This document shows, in pieces, positions 1 through 11,629 of a stretch of 64,000 nt of DNA. The DNA lies in NCBI GenBank assembly GCA_965216295.1, contig OZ244141.1:225819-289818 (forward strand), read 5' to 3'. The position numbers and the translations under genes are program-made. Origin of the DNA: Minisyncoccota bacterium (lineage in GTDB: Bacteria > Patescibacteriota > Minisyncoccia > Phycocordibacterales > JABAAK01). The notes under the pieces are model-generated. The model was not told the DNA's origin and ran no database searches. It saw only the letters and a list, made by a program, of their open reading frames with translations. How positions within the stretch are numbered: the first letter of the stretch is position 1; each line of letters starts with the position of its first letter.

Positions 1-178
1 GTAATTATAATATGGATTGTTAGTTTTTGTCAAGTAATACCACCAACAATCCCTCATCGTCCATTTTCTCTGAAATAAAATCATTACAATCCCTAACTCT
101 ATCTATTATATCTGAAGACTTCCACAAAGTAACATTGTGAGAGAAGTCTTTCTGTTAATGAAATAAAGCATGCTGTTG
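1..178. repeat. Direct repeat element A, copy 1 (~98% identical to 944-1121). It contains the last 8 codons plus stop of a paralogue of the 1098-1451 gene as a deletion scar.
   Basis: Positions 1-178 align base for base with 944-1121 with about 2 mismatches. Reverse-complementing 147-178 gives ...CQQHALFH*, the C-terminus of the 130-aa protein encoded at 1098-1490. Confidence 0.85.
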
Positions 179-640
179 ACAGTTTTTCAGACAGGGGAGT
201 ATGTATAAAAAAAATCCCGCCCCCACATAATGGAGGCGAGATAAAAAATTCCACTTTTTCACATCACAACAAACGAAAAATAAAGTTCATATGAGAGTAA
301 ACAAGTGAATAAATCTTTGATAGGATGTCAAAGTGTTCAAAGGAATTAGTATTTATCCTTTATTTATCTGACAAATTATTTATATCCGAACCTTTTAATT
401 CGGGCTCAGGTTTCTGTGTTTTCTCTTTGGCACACTTATAAGCTTGTGTTTTCCTAATGGCGTAATCTTTGCCATGTTCACAAGGCCCATAATCAATGCC
501 AACACGATCGTTGGGATTCATAAGAGATTTCACTATGTCAGTGCAATTGTTTTGACTTCCGCCTTCACAAAACTCCAATTCAATTTCAGAATTAAGAACA
601 CCGCGATTATTCTTGAAATTTTTCAAGCTACCCGCTGCTT
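171..640. repeat. Direct repeat element B, copy 1 (matches 1601-2050). It spans the terminator and the 3' two-thirds of the paralogous secreted-protein gene.
   Basis: The string 'tttttcagacaggggagtatgtataaaaaaaatcccgcccccacataatggaggcgag...' at 174 recurs at 1604. Similarity continues through the coding C-terminal domain. Confidence 0.85.
195..232 (-). terminator. Rho-independent terminator downstream of CDS 360-791. An identical copy lies at ~1625-1662, downstream of CDS 1781-2176.
   Basis: On the minus strand, the hairpin ctcgcctcc-attatgtg-ggggcggg is followed by T8. Confidence 0.6.
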
Positions 641-791
641 GAGGGGGTGCCGGATTTGAAACCTTTTGTTCTAAAATTGGTTTCGGACCTTCAGAATTAA
701 GGGCACTACACCCCATCAACCCAAAAGAAAACAATATAAGAAAAAAATACAGTACAATACTGTCGTTTTCTCCACGAATTAAGTTGTTCAT
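360..791 (-). CDS. Small secreted or lipoprotein-like Cys-rich protein, paralogue A (143 aa).
   Basis: An AAGGAGGA RBS sits 6 nt upstream of the ATG at 791. There is an N-terminal hydrophobic signal with an LMGC lipobox-like motif. The C-terminal ~85 aa are nearly identical to CDS 1781-2176 (FCEGGSQNNCTDIVKSLMNPNDRVGIDYG.CE.GKDYAIRKTQAYKCAK...) and contain 4 conserved Cys. Confidence 0.75.
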   Translation of the reverse strand: MNNLIRGENDSIVLYFFLILFSFGLMGCSALNSEGPKPILEQKVSNPAPPQAAGSLKNFKNNRGVLNSEIELEFCEGGSQNNCTDIVKSLMNPNDRVGIDYGPCEHGKDYAIRKTQAYKCAKEKTQKPEPELKGSDINNLSDK

Positions 792-943
792 ATGAACTCC
801 TCCTTAAAAAGTAAATCACAAATTAAAATTTATGACACACAACAAATGAATGGACACTAAAAGACATCTCATTTAATAAAAAGAAAGTAGTAAAAACTAC
901 CACAAAATCTTTTCAAAAAAAATGTACCTCAAACTCTCCAAAG

Positions 944-1121
944 GTAATTATAATATGGATTGTTAGTTTTTGTCAAGTAATACCACCAACAATCCCTCAT
1001 CGTCCATTTTCTATGAAATAAAATCATTACAATCCCTAACTCTATCTATTATATCTGAAGACTTCCACAAAGTAACATTGTGAGAGAAGCCTTTCTGTTA
1101 ATGAAATAAAGCATGCTGTTG
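944..1121. repeat. Direct repeat element A, copy 2.
   Basis: See the feature at 1-178. Confidence 0.85.
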
Positions 1122-1451
1122 ATCATGACACACAATAAGAATGCTGTCATCGTCTATAAAGGCATAATCTGTTTTAGTACTGCAAGCAATACCAAAATTG
1201 TGGTCATCGTTTTTTCGATAAATTGTTAGAGCGGTTTGTCTTACAGTTTGCATCATGGCAATACAATCAGCATACTTTCCGTTTTGACACTTTGTAATTC
1301 GTAGACTGATTCCATCCCACTCACCGCTAAACTGAACATGCTTAACATTTCCATCATTTTGTGCACTGACAGATCCTATAAAAAGGAATCCTATCAATGT
1401 GGTAAAAAATAGCAATATAATACTACTTTTTATTATTGTTTTTAATTTCAT
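1098..1451 (-). CDS. Small secreted Cys-containing protein (117 aa from the ATG at 1451; the ORF track gives 1490 with an upstream start).
   Basis: An AAGGAG RBS precedes the ATG at 1451. The signal peptide is MKLKTIIKSSIILLFFTTLIGFLFIGSVSA|QND. The mature part has 4 Cys. Its 3' end overlaps repeat A'. Confidence 0.65.
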   Translation of the reverse strand: MKLKTIIKSSIILLFFTTLIGFLFIGSVSAQNDGNVKHVQFSGEWDGISLRITKCQNGKYADCIAMMQTVRQTALTIYRKNDDHNFGIACSTKTDYAFIDDDSILIVCHDQQHALFH

Positions 1452-1600
1452 AAAAGAATCTCCTTTTTCAAAAACATGAATAAAAACCAATGAGTATGAT
1501 AATGAAAGATATCTACAACAAGAGGTGTGAAACCTCTGTCAAAATATACTTCATATATAAAAACTCTAATTACCATGATAAAATATTTTTACAGATCTGT

Positions 1601-2050
1601 CAATTTTTCAGACAGGGGAGTATGTATAAAAAAAATCCCGCCCCCACATAATGGAGGCGAGATAAAAAATTCCACTTTTTCACATCACAACAAACGAAAA
1701 ATAAAGTTCATATGAGAGTAAACAAGTGAATAAATCTTTGATGGGATGTCAAAGTGTTCAAAGGAATTAGTATTTATCCTTTATTTATCTGACAAATTAT
1801 TTATATCAGAACCTTTTAATTCGGGCTCAGGTTTCTGTGTTTTCCCTTTGGCACACTTATAAGCTTGTGTTTTCCTAATGGCGTAATCTTTGCCATATTC
1901 ACAATCTCCATAATCAATGCCAACACGATCGTTGGGATTCATAAGAGATTTCACTATGTCAGTGCAATTGTTTTGACTTCCGCCTTCACAAAAATCCAAT
2001 CCAATTTCAGAATTAAGAACACCGCGATTATTCTTGAAACCTTCAAGGGC
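1601..2050. repeat. Direct repeat element B, copy 2.
   Basis: See the feature at 171-640. Confidence 0.85.
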
Positions 2051-2176
2051 TCCACCGCCCGAACCTCGCGATGCGTTGGGTTGAGTGTCCTGTGCAACTG
2101 CAGAAGCAGAAAACATCAACAGAAAAAAACATGTACTAATAAAGTACACAAAACGTTTTGGTATAAGAATTTCCAT
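1781..2176 (-). CDS. Small secreted Cys-rich protein, paralogue B (131 aa).
   Basis: An AGGAGG RBS sits 7 nt upstream of the ATG at 2176. The signal peptide has an AVA|QD cleavage motif. The C-terminal domain is shared with CDS 360-791. Confidence 0.75.
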   Translation of the reverse strand: MEILIPKRFVYFISTCFFLLMFSASAVAQDTQPNASRGSGGGALEGFKNNRGVLNSEIGLDFCEGGSQNNCTDIVKSLMNPNDRVGIDYGDCEYGKDYAIRKTQAYKCAKGKTQKPEPELKGSDINNLSDK

Positions 2177-2463
2177 AAGAATTTCCTCCTATATATTACC
2201 AAATGAAATAAGCACAAAAAATCCACCATGAAAGTTTTGCCTTGTACAGAGAAAAGGTGTCACAAAAAAGTTACAAACAATTAAAAAACCGCCTTAAAAA
2301 CAATTTTGCAATGTACCCTCAAACTCTAAGATAATTCTATCATTATAATACAAAGTTTGTCAACATCACTATGGATATTTGTGGAGATAGAGTATATAGA
2401 TTCAGTAAATAGGGGCCCTATTTCTTTTTTGTACTTTTTTATATCATATATCAATCAAAAAAC

Positions 2464-2500
2464 AATAAAAAAAGAACCCCGCTATAACGCGGGGTTCTAC
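2464..2500 (-). terminator. Rho-independent terminator for CDS 2588-3091.
   Basis: An A-run precedes the hairpin gaaccccgc-tataa-cgcggggttc. On the minus strand this reads as hairpin followed by T-run. Confidence 0.6.
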
Positions 2501-2587
2501 CTTTTCAGGCTTGTATGAATAATGACCACTGACTAATCGGTTTTGAATCCGAGCAGTACATCATTCTGATTCTTTCAATCAACAATT

Positions 2588-3091
2588 TCAATCCTTAATC
2601 GTTTCAACAAAATTACTTTGCCGTGGTTTCAAAATTACAGCTTCTTGTCTCAAAGTATTTATTCTGGCAATAGAAGATTCTGTTATCGCAAAAAGGACAT
2701 CAGCTTTCTGTTCCAGAATCTTTATTCTATCAGCAGAAGATTTCTTTGCCGCAGCAAGAGCCTCAATTTCTCGTTCTAGGATTTCTATTTTAAGAATGTA
2801 AGGTTTTGTTGCTGCATCAAGATTCTCTACTCTGTCAATAACAGATTTCGTCGCTGTTGTGAGAGCTTCAAAGCCATTTAGCAAAGGTACAAGAGTATCA
2901 TTGACAAGCACTCTAAAATCATATGAACTTGTCGCCTCCTCACTGAGAACTGCATCCGAACCCCATGTTATATCATCACCAGGACTACTGGCAAAAGTAT
3001 TTGATGTTGGTAAGGTCACAATCGCAGAGACAAGAATAATTCCAAACAGGGTATATAAAACCTTGTTTTTTAACATTTTTGATCTTTCCAT
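2588..3091 (-). CDS. Membrane-anchored coiled-coil protein (hypothetical).
   Basis: The ORF has an N-terminal TM helix (VLYTLFGIILVSAIVTL) and heptad-rich repeats (ILKIEILEREIEALAAAK, RIKILEQK). The track start at 3100 is TTG, so the start could instead be the in-frame ATG at 3091. Confidence 0.5.
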   Translation of the reverse strand: MERSKMLKNKVLYTLFGIILVSAIVTLPTSNTFASSPGDDITWGSDAVLSEEATSSYDFRVLVNDTLVPLLNGFEALTTATKSVIDRVENLDAATKPYILKIEILEREIEALAAAKKSSADRIKILEQKADVLFAITESSIARINTLRQEAVILKPRQSNFVETIKD

Positions 3092-3217
3092 AAGTTTCAA
3101 ACTCCATATATTTATGAAAACAGAATATCCCTAACTATTAAGGTACTCTAATAGAATGATATCAATCAATAACTAAAATGTCAAGTACACTCTAATGCAT
3201 CCATAAACAGTACAAAC

Positions 3218-3254
3218 AAAAGACCCCGCATTATAAACGCGAGGTCTTTATAGC
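3218..3254 (-). terminator. Rho-independent terminator for CDS 3315-3896.
   Basis: The hairpin agaccccgc-attataaa-cgcgaggtct has an adjacent A/T run. Confidence 0.55.
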
Positions 3255-3314
3255 TTTCAGCCTGCACGGCAAGTATCTACAAAATACTACAGTATGCAGT
3301 AGTACTACTAACGG

Positions 3315-3896
3315 CTATATGAGAGCGCTGGGTTTTTGATGATTCTCATCATCAATGCAAGGCATAGTTACCGCAGTATCGTCAACCTCACCATACTTCA
3401 CCATAACTTGATACCATGACTCACCAATTCCACCCAATTGTGACGAGTCTAAGTGGCTTCGCAACTCCCACCCATCATGCAGTAACTCATTTACTTTCTT
3501 ATTAAGTTCCTTGGATTCACCGTTTACAACCAACTTGTAGTCAATTATCTTCCTCTCTCTTTTTTGCTCTAGCATATTACTACATAATTTATGCAAAAGA
3601 TCTAACTTGTCGGAAATAGATTTTTTGTTTTCTATCAAAGCATCTTTAATCCTTTGATCTACAAGTTGTACCCTATTATTAAGAGAATCTTTTTTTTGAA
3701 CTTGTTGGCTTATAATATCTAATTTTTCAGAAATGGGTTTCTGGTTTATAGTAAGATTTTCAACGTTCTGTTCTAAAGAATGTATACTTTGAAACATCTC
3801 TTGAAATTTCTGTTCCAAGGGTTTTGTTGTTGTATCAAAAACCTTTGTTGGTTCAGATTCGGTAATTCCTACATCATCATTGTTATATTCTGGCAT
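3315..3896 (-). CDS. Coiled-coil protein (hypothetical, 193 aa).
   Basis: The ORF is long, clean and Q/E/K/L-rich with heptad character. A terminator lies downstream. Confidence 0.5.
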   Translation of the reverse strand: MPEYNNDDVGITESEPTKVFDTTTKPLEQKFQEMFQSIHSLEQNVENLTINQKPISEKLDIISQQVQKKDSLNNRVQLVDQRIKDALIENKKSISDKLDLLHKLCSNMLEQKRERKIIDYKLVVNGESKELNKKVNELLHDGWELRSHLDSSQLGGIGESWYQVMVKYGEVDDTAVTMPCIDDENHQKPSALI

Positions 3897-4090
3897 AATG
3901 CCTCCTCAATTTTAGTCAACTTTTAAGTACTGTCAACCAGAAAGTACAAATATTCAATCAGAGAAATAGAGCATAACGCCATACTTCCATATGAATAACT
4001 GCAATTAGCATAGCACCAAAACCTATATTATACAAAACATCACAAAAAGCACGATATAGTTTTTCAATTATTGAACAAACTGCTGAGAAG

Positions 4091-4765
4091 GTGAGTGTGT
4101 TCATTGGAACGATATACCCACTCATACACAGTCGTGATACACTAAGAAATATGGAGCATGACGCATTGATATGTATTGTTGGTGATGGGGTACGTGGCAG
4201 ACTACTTCGCCTCTTTGTGACAAATAGTGATTTTGTTTTTATACCCAGCAAGCTTGCACAGACACTCCAAATACGTCTTACCAACGTGACGCGTGCCTTA
4301 GTTCAATTAGAGCGTGATGGCATCATTGCCAAAAAGAAACTCACCAATCGTGAACGAAAAGAAGAGTCTGTAAAAGATGTTGCCGGATACCTCTTGAACA
4401 AGAGGTTTTCCTCACTACATCTTTTGCAAGATCTTGTTGAAGAGACACTTCCTGCAGGCAAAGCAGGACTTATCAGAAAACTGATACGAGTGCCAGGCAT
4501 GAAGGTCATTATTACAACAGGAGAATTTCGTGAAAAAGAGAAGAAGGGAAAGATTGATTTTCTCCTCGCTGGAAGCGGTGTGAATGATATGATGGTTCGT
4601 CAGCTCATCCGTACGACGGAAAAAGAGACAGGAAAAGAGCTCACCTATGCCCTCCTTTCAGTGAATAATATGGCACATCGTATGCAGATAAATGATAAGT
4701 TTATCCGCGGTATCTTTGATGTGCCACACAGTGTCCACCTTGATCGAACAGGACTCTGTTCATAG
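4091..4765 (+). CDS. Hypothetical protein with a putative winged-helix DNA-binding region.
   Basis: The 224-aa ORF contains LAQTLQIRLTNVTRALVQLERDGII, which resembles a MarR/wHTH recognition helix plus wing. The start is uncertain (GTG at 4091 or ATG at 4151). Confidence 0.4.
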   Translation: MSVFIGTIYPLIHSRDTLRNMEHDALICIVGDGVRGRLLRLFVTNSDFVFIPSKLAQTLQIRLTNVTRALVQLERDGIIAKKKLTNRERKEESVKDVAGYLLNKRFSSLHLLQDLVEETLPAGKAGLIRKLIRVPGMKVIITTGEFREKEKKGKIDFLLAGSGVNDMMVRQLIRTTEKETGKELTYALLSVNNMAHRMQINDKFIRGIFDVPHSVHLDRTGLCS

Positions 4766-4859
4766 CTCCACGACACGGAGAGTAAAATGCTATATACTGC
4801 GGTATATCAGGATTCAAGTCTTTGGGTACTGATTACAAATTAACAAATAGCTATTTTGT

Positions 4860-5537
4860 ATGGTAAACGGTGATTTAATTTCAGAAAATGCACTGGAGGT
4901 GCTACAACTGCCAGCGGCTTTTTTGCCGAAACTTGTAGTAGCGATTGTTGTCTTTGCCATTGGTCTTATCATAGCCTGGCTCGCACAACGTCTCATTGAG
5001 GCATTTTTCAAAGCAGTTCCCATCTTTGATGAGACCTTGAGAAATATTGGTCTTGAAGAGATTACACGTCGTGCAGGCATACATATCAATCTGGGACGAT
5101 TCTTTGGAATCATTCTCAGGGTGTTTGTTATCGTCATAGCACTTGTCATGTCATTTGACATACTTGGTTTTGAACAGATTAACACGTACCTCATTGATTC
5201 AGTACTTGTTGGATTCATCCCGATGGTGGTGAAAGCGTCAGTCATTCTTATTCTCGGACTCATCATTGCAAACTTTGTCAGTAACTTCGTTACAGGAGTT
5301 GCGCAGGCATCAAAAGTTGACGGTGGATTGGCAGCGGGTATTGCTAAGTACGCCATTATTGTACTCTCTGTCATCGCAGCACTCAGTGAACTGGGTATTG
5401 GTGAATTCGTTGGTGTTTTTGTCAGTGGTTTTATTGCTGCTATTTCTTTGGCATTGGGTCTTGCATTCGGTCTTGGAGGACAACAAGCAGCATCAGAGTT
5501 GCTTGAGAAGGTTCGCAGTGATATGCGTCGTCGATAG
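4860..5537 (+). CDS. Integral membrane protein, MscS-like/small-conductance channel-like TM region (hypothetical).
   Basis: The 225-aa ORF has 4-5 clean hydrophobic helices. The antisense 304-aa ORF at 4814-5728 is low-complexity S/T/P/R-rich and was judged spurious. A terminator follows. Confidence 0.5.
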   Translation: MVNGDLISENALEVLQLPAAFLPKLVVAIVVFAIGLIIAWLAQRLIEAFFKAVPIFDETLRNIGLEEITRRAGIHINLGRFFGIILRVFVIVIALVMSFDILGFEQINTYLIDSVLVGFIPMVVKASVILILGLIIANFVSNFVTGVAQASKVDGGLAAGIAKYAIIVLSVIAALSELGIGEFVGVFVSGFIAAISLALGLAFGLGGQQAASELLEKVRSDMRRR

Positions 5538-5559
5538 GAAGCAATCATTCGTAAAAAAC

Positions 5560-5598
5560 AAAAAGAAGTGTCTCTCATTGACACTTCTTTTTGTTTGT
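5560..5598 (+). terminator. Rho-independent terminator.
   Basis: The hairpin aagaagtgtc-tctcatt-gacacttctt is followed by TTTGTTTG. Confidence 0.65.
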
Positions 5599-5677
5599 GA
5601 TGATTTATCCACACTTTTTCCATACAGTAAGGTGAAGACGTGGGGGTAGTAGGGGTGAAAATTGTTTGTAAATCTAT

Positions 5678-5706
5678 ACTTCGTCCTGTATACTGGAAAC
5701 AGTGAA
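5678..5706 (+). promoter_or_regulatory. Candidate sigma70-type promoter for the rRNA operon.
   Basis: TTGTAA, then a 17-nt spacer, then TATACT, located ~180 nt upstream of the 23S 5' end. Confidence 0.35.
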
Positions 5707-5884
5707 AAAGGATAGGCACTGCAGTCACTGATTTTCCGTTTGGTGTTTAGCCTATAGTTGGCACCCCACACGGGTGTCAACTTTTTCGTATGTACCTTAT
5801 CTATACATGCAAGAATAGCAGAGCAAATAAATCGTTCATATAAAAAAATATAATAGATATGAAAATGAATGGCACTTTGATTTC

Positions 5885-8835
<2,951 letters not shown>

Positions 8836-8905
8836 TTCGCCAGGAAATCAAAGTATCATTCAAAACGATATCCTGGTATTCTTGTGATAGTAAAATAGAG
8901 AAACA

Positions 8906-9035
8906 CCACTCTAGTCTGGTGATGAAACCGAAGGAGAAACACCCGTTCTCATTCCGAACACGGTCGTTAAGTCCTTCAGGGGCGATAGTACTGCGTATGC
9001 GGGAGGGTAGCTCGTCGCCAGAGTAGAGTGGTGTT
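8906..9035 (+). rRNA. rrf: 5S ribosomal RNA.
   Basis: The internal 5S motifs (ccgttctcattccgaacacgg, gttaagtcc, gatagtac, gggagggtag) are present. The terminal helix pairs caccactctagtctgg with ccagagtagagtggtg. Confidence 0.85.
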
Positions 9036-9073
9036 TTTCGTGCCGTGGCATTTCTTTTGTATATATAAAAAAA

Positions 9074-9110
9074 TGACCTGCGTACACAAATGTAATACGC
9101 AGGCCATGTT
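9074..9110. terminator. Bidirectional hairpin terminator (end of the rRNA operon and of the minus-strand CDS 9180-10007).
   Basis: AAAAAAA precedes the hairpin tgacctgcgta-cacaaatgtaa-tacgcaggcca. Confidence 0.6.
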
Positions 9111-9179
9111 AATGATTAATGTTCAATAAAAAGTACTTTCAAAGTGTTCATCTCATTCTATTGGAACTGCTGAGATGAT

Positions 9180-10007
9180 TTACCGTAAATCTCTCAAAGA
9201 GTTTCCTTTGTTTAGCAACAAATCCTGATCCTCAGAAATTTTATGAGACTGTGTGTCATATTTTTTTCTGAGAATAGTGGCAATGGAACTTATCCTTGTG
9301 CATGGGCATATTTCATACCATCCAAGAGAAACCTCATCCACCTTTTCGTGGGGTTTGTTGATATTATCAAGTGCCCGGTTAAGAAACTGTGCATCATGAT
9401 TCCATCGCAAAACCTGCTTCAAATTCGTCCTTGGAACTTTTTTTACCGGACAAATCATAAACCATTGAATGTATTCTATTGGTAGTACTGTATCTCCCCG
9501 TTGGGCAAGACGTACTATTTCTTTAAGATGTCTAAATGCGTCAGTGAATGCACTGTCTGCATTAAGTTTTTTTACAGGACGATGTTTTGCTGTTTCCTTT
9601 TTGTAGTTTTGACCGCTTGCTTTACCTATTTTTGCGGCAAGTGTCTGGAATTTACGGATACTTGCTTGCAATCTATCAGTTGCGTTACGGACTAATTTAT
9701 CAGGACTCGTCAAAAACCACTCTCGCATACCAAACGACAGCCGTGCAGTTTCTTCGGAAATTGTATTATCCCTACTACTTTGCATGAGAGATATTTTTCT
9801 TTTTATCTCATCATTTGCATTGTTGATGATAAATATCAAACTATCGTCAAGAAAACTTCTCAGTTCTAGACTAACAACGATAATTTTGTCTTTAGCCTTT
9901 TTCTTGACAGTTTTAGAAATGAGACGCTTGGTCTTACTTCCACTAAGTTGAGTATTTTTACTCTTTTTTACAGGTTTCTTAGAAGAAACATTGGGTTTAC
10001 TATTCAT
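9180..10007 (-). CDS. Hypothetical protein with a Lys-rich basic N-terminus (275 aa).
   Basis: The ORF is long with no recognisable catalytic motif. The N-terminal 40 aa are K/S-rich, suggesting nucleic-acid binding. Confidence 0.5.
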   Translation of the reverse strand: MNSKPNVSSKKPVKKSKNTQLSGSKTKRLISKTVKKKAKDKIIVVSLELRSFLDDSLIFIINNANDEIKRKISLMQSSRDNTISEETARLSFGMREWFLTSPDKLVRNATDRLQASIRKFQTLAAKIGKASGQNYKKETAKHRPVKKLNADSAFTDAFRHLKEIVRLAQRGDTVLPIEYIQWFMICPVKKVPRTNLKQVLRWNHDAQFLNRALDNINKPHEKVDEVSLGWYEICPCTRISSIATILRKKYDTQSHKISEDQDLLLNKGNSLRDLR

Positions 10008-10165
10008 GATAAAATCTCCTATATTTAATTAAAAAATCGAAACCACATAAAACTACATGATTTCAGATAAAAATAAACTCCACTTGTCATTGTGGCGAAA
10101 AAATACTGATTTGTCAAGTTTTCTTTGTTTGTTATACATAAACGACAGAAAGGGTATATATAAAA

Positions 10166-10196
10166 ATATGACCAGCATATAATGCTGGTCATGTTT
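10166..10196 (-). terminator. Rho-independent terminator for CDS 10307-11329.
   Basis: The hairpin atgaccagcat-ataa-tgctggtcat is flanked by an A-run (a T-run on the minus strand). Confidence 0.6.
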
Positions 10197-10306
10197 GAAA
10201 TAGTTATGGAGGGGGTGTGAATGCTCACCCCCTCACACAACCAATAACTGTTGTGGCGTTGAGAGAGAGAAAGTAAAAAATACTCCTCTTCCAAAACCGA
10301 TAACTG

Positions 10307-11329
10307 TTACGTTGAAGCGTTCACAGCAGGGGGTTGAGTCTCTGTTGCTGGGTTGTTTGAACATTGCAACGGATATCTTTGATTAAATCTTTCGATCCTA
10401 TTGATCGTTGCTGGCTTTTCATTATCTTTTCTCTCTTCCGAACCATCCTCGTTAGAAGAAGATTCAGTCTGAGAGTTTAGATTTGAAGGACCACCACCAT
10501 CATTTGCTGGCTTTTCATTATCTTTTCTCTCTTCCGAATCATCCTTTTTAGGAGAAGATTTAGTCTGAGAGTTTAGATTTGAAGGACCACCACCATCATT
10601 TGCTGGCTTTTCATTATCTTTTCTCTCTTCCGAATCATCCTTTTTAGGAGAAGATTTAGTCTGAGAGTTTGAAGAAATGGAGAAAGGGCTCTTATAATTT
10701 GATGCCATTGGCGACAAATCATCATGAAACCACACCAAGAATAATATACGAGAAATGTCTTCATATGCTATCGCTTTCTGAAGATTTTTTCCAAATACGT
10801 TTAGAAAATTCTTTCGGTCCTGGCGAGGATTACTCGTTATCGATGCATCAACGTTATCCGGAGAAATCTTTAAGGATTTACCTTTAAGTTTTTTCTCAAG
10901 AATTTCATTTTTTTTAGCTACCAAATGGAGTTTTCCTACCAAATCACGAATCTCCTTCACAAGATCAGAGAGTTTCACGTACACTTTAAAGGCACCTTTA
11001 GGGAGGAAGCAATCAAAAGCATCATTTGCTTGAGGAGGTGTTGGAATTTTTAAAACCCAAAGACGCACACAAAAACCAAGATAATGTTTTCTCGGTAACG
11101 GTGACTCTTCTTTTTTCAAACTCACATATCTTGCCTCCGCTTCAGAAAGGGCAAGTGTGCAAAATTCGAGCATGGATTTAAAAACGCAGCAACACTTCTC
11201 AAGAACTGCCACTACAGGATCCTGTGTCCTAACAACATTCCTTGATTTATTTTTTTTAGAGGGTCGTCTTGATTGACGACCCTCTCCGTTTGTGTTTGCT
11301 TGTCTCGGCTGACCGTTTTTTGTACTCAT
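10307..11329 (-). CDS. Hypothetical protein with a basic N-terminus and a C-terminal 32-aa tandem acidic/Lys repeat (340 aa).
   Basis: The ORF contains 2.8 copies of SQTKSSPKKDDSEERKDNEKPANDGGGPSNLN, encoded by a 96-nt DNA tandem repeat. Confidence 0.55.
   Translation of the reverse strand: MSTKNGQPRQANTNGEGRQSRRPSKKNKSRNVVRTQDPVVAVLEKCCCVFKSMLEFCTLALSEAEARYVSLKKEESPLPRKHYLGFCVRLWVLKIPTPPQANDAFDCFLPKGAFKVYVKLSDLVKEIRDLVGKLHLVAKKNEILEKKLKGKSLKISPDNVDASITSNPRQDRKNFLNVFGKNLQKAIAYEDISRILFLVWFHDDLSPMASNYKSPFSISSNSQTKSSPKKDDSEERKDNEKPANDGGGPSNLNSQTKSSPKKDDSEERKDNEKPANDGGGPSNLNSQTESSSNEDGSEERKDNEKPATINRIERFNQRYPLQCSNNPATETQPPAVNAST
10405..10690. repeat. 96-nt tandem repeat, ~2.8 copies, inside CDS 10307-11329.
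   Basis: The unit tgctggcttttcattatcttttctctcttccgaa...gagagtttagatttgaaggaccaccaccatcattt recurs at 10410, 10506 and 10602. Confidence 0.85.
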
Positions 11330-11629
11330 ATGTTAAAACCTCCAGGTTTTTGAGTGAAAATGTCTCAGATCATTGAACAACTATCAAGGCTACACGAGGA
11401 ACCCCCCATATAACCTTTAATGATTGTAAAAGAACTGAGACGTGAATGAATGAATGACGGAATGTCACTCACCCTTAATCACATACAATATCTATTATAT
11501 ATAAATATTCACCTTTGTCAATAGTTGGCAATTGCCAGATAAGTACAAAAAAAATGACCTGCACGACACATACTATGCCGCGCAAGTCACCTATTTATCA
11601 ACAGAAATATTGAAAATCTGCTATATCTA

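Noticed and set aside
444-2206. Plus-strand ORFs 444-659, 1527-1715 and 1865-2206 in the repeat region.
   Set aside because: They are antisense or overlapping shadows of the RBS-supported minus-strand secreted-protein genes. ORF 1527-1715 spans the terminator hairpin.
4814-5728. 304-aa minus-strand ORF overlapping the 4860-5537 membrane-protein gene.
   Set aside because: Its translation is low-complexity S/T/P/R/M-rich with no domain character. The plus-strand ORF has clean TM helices and a terminator. It is an antisense shadow ORF.
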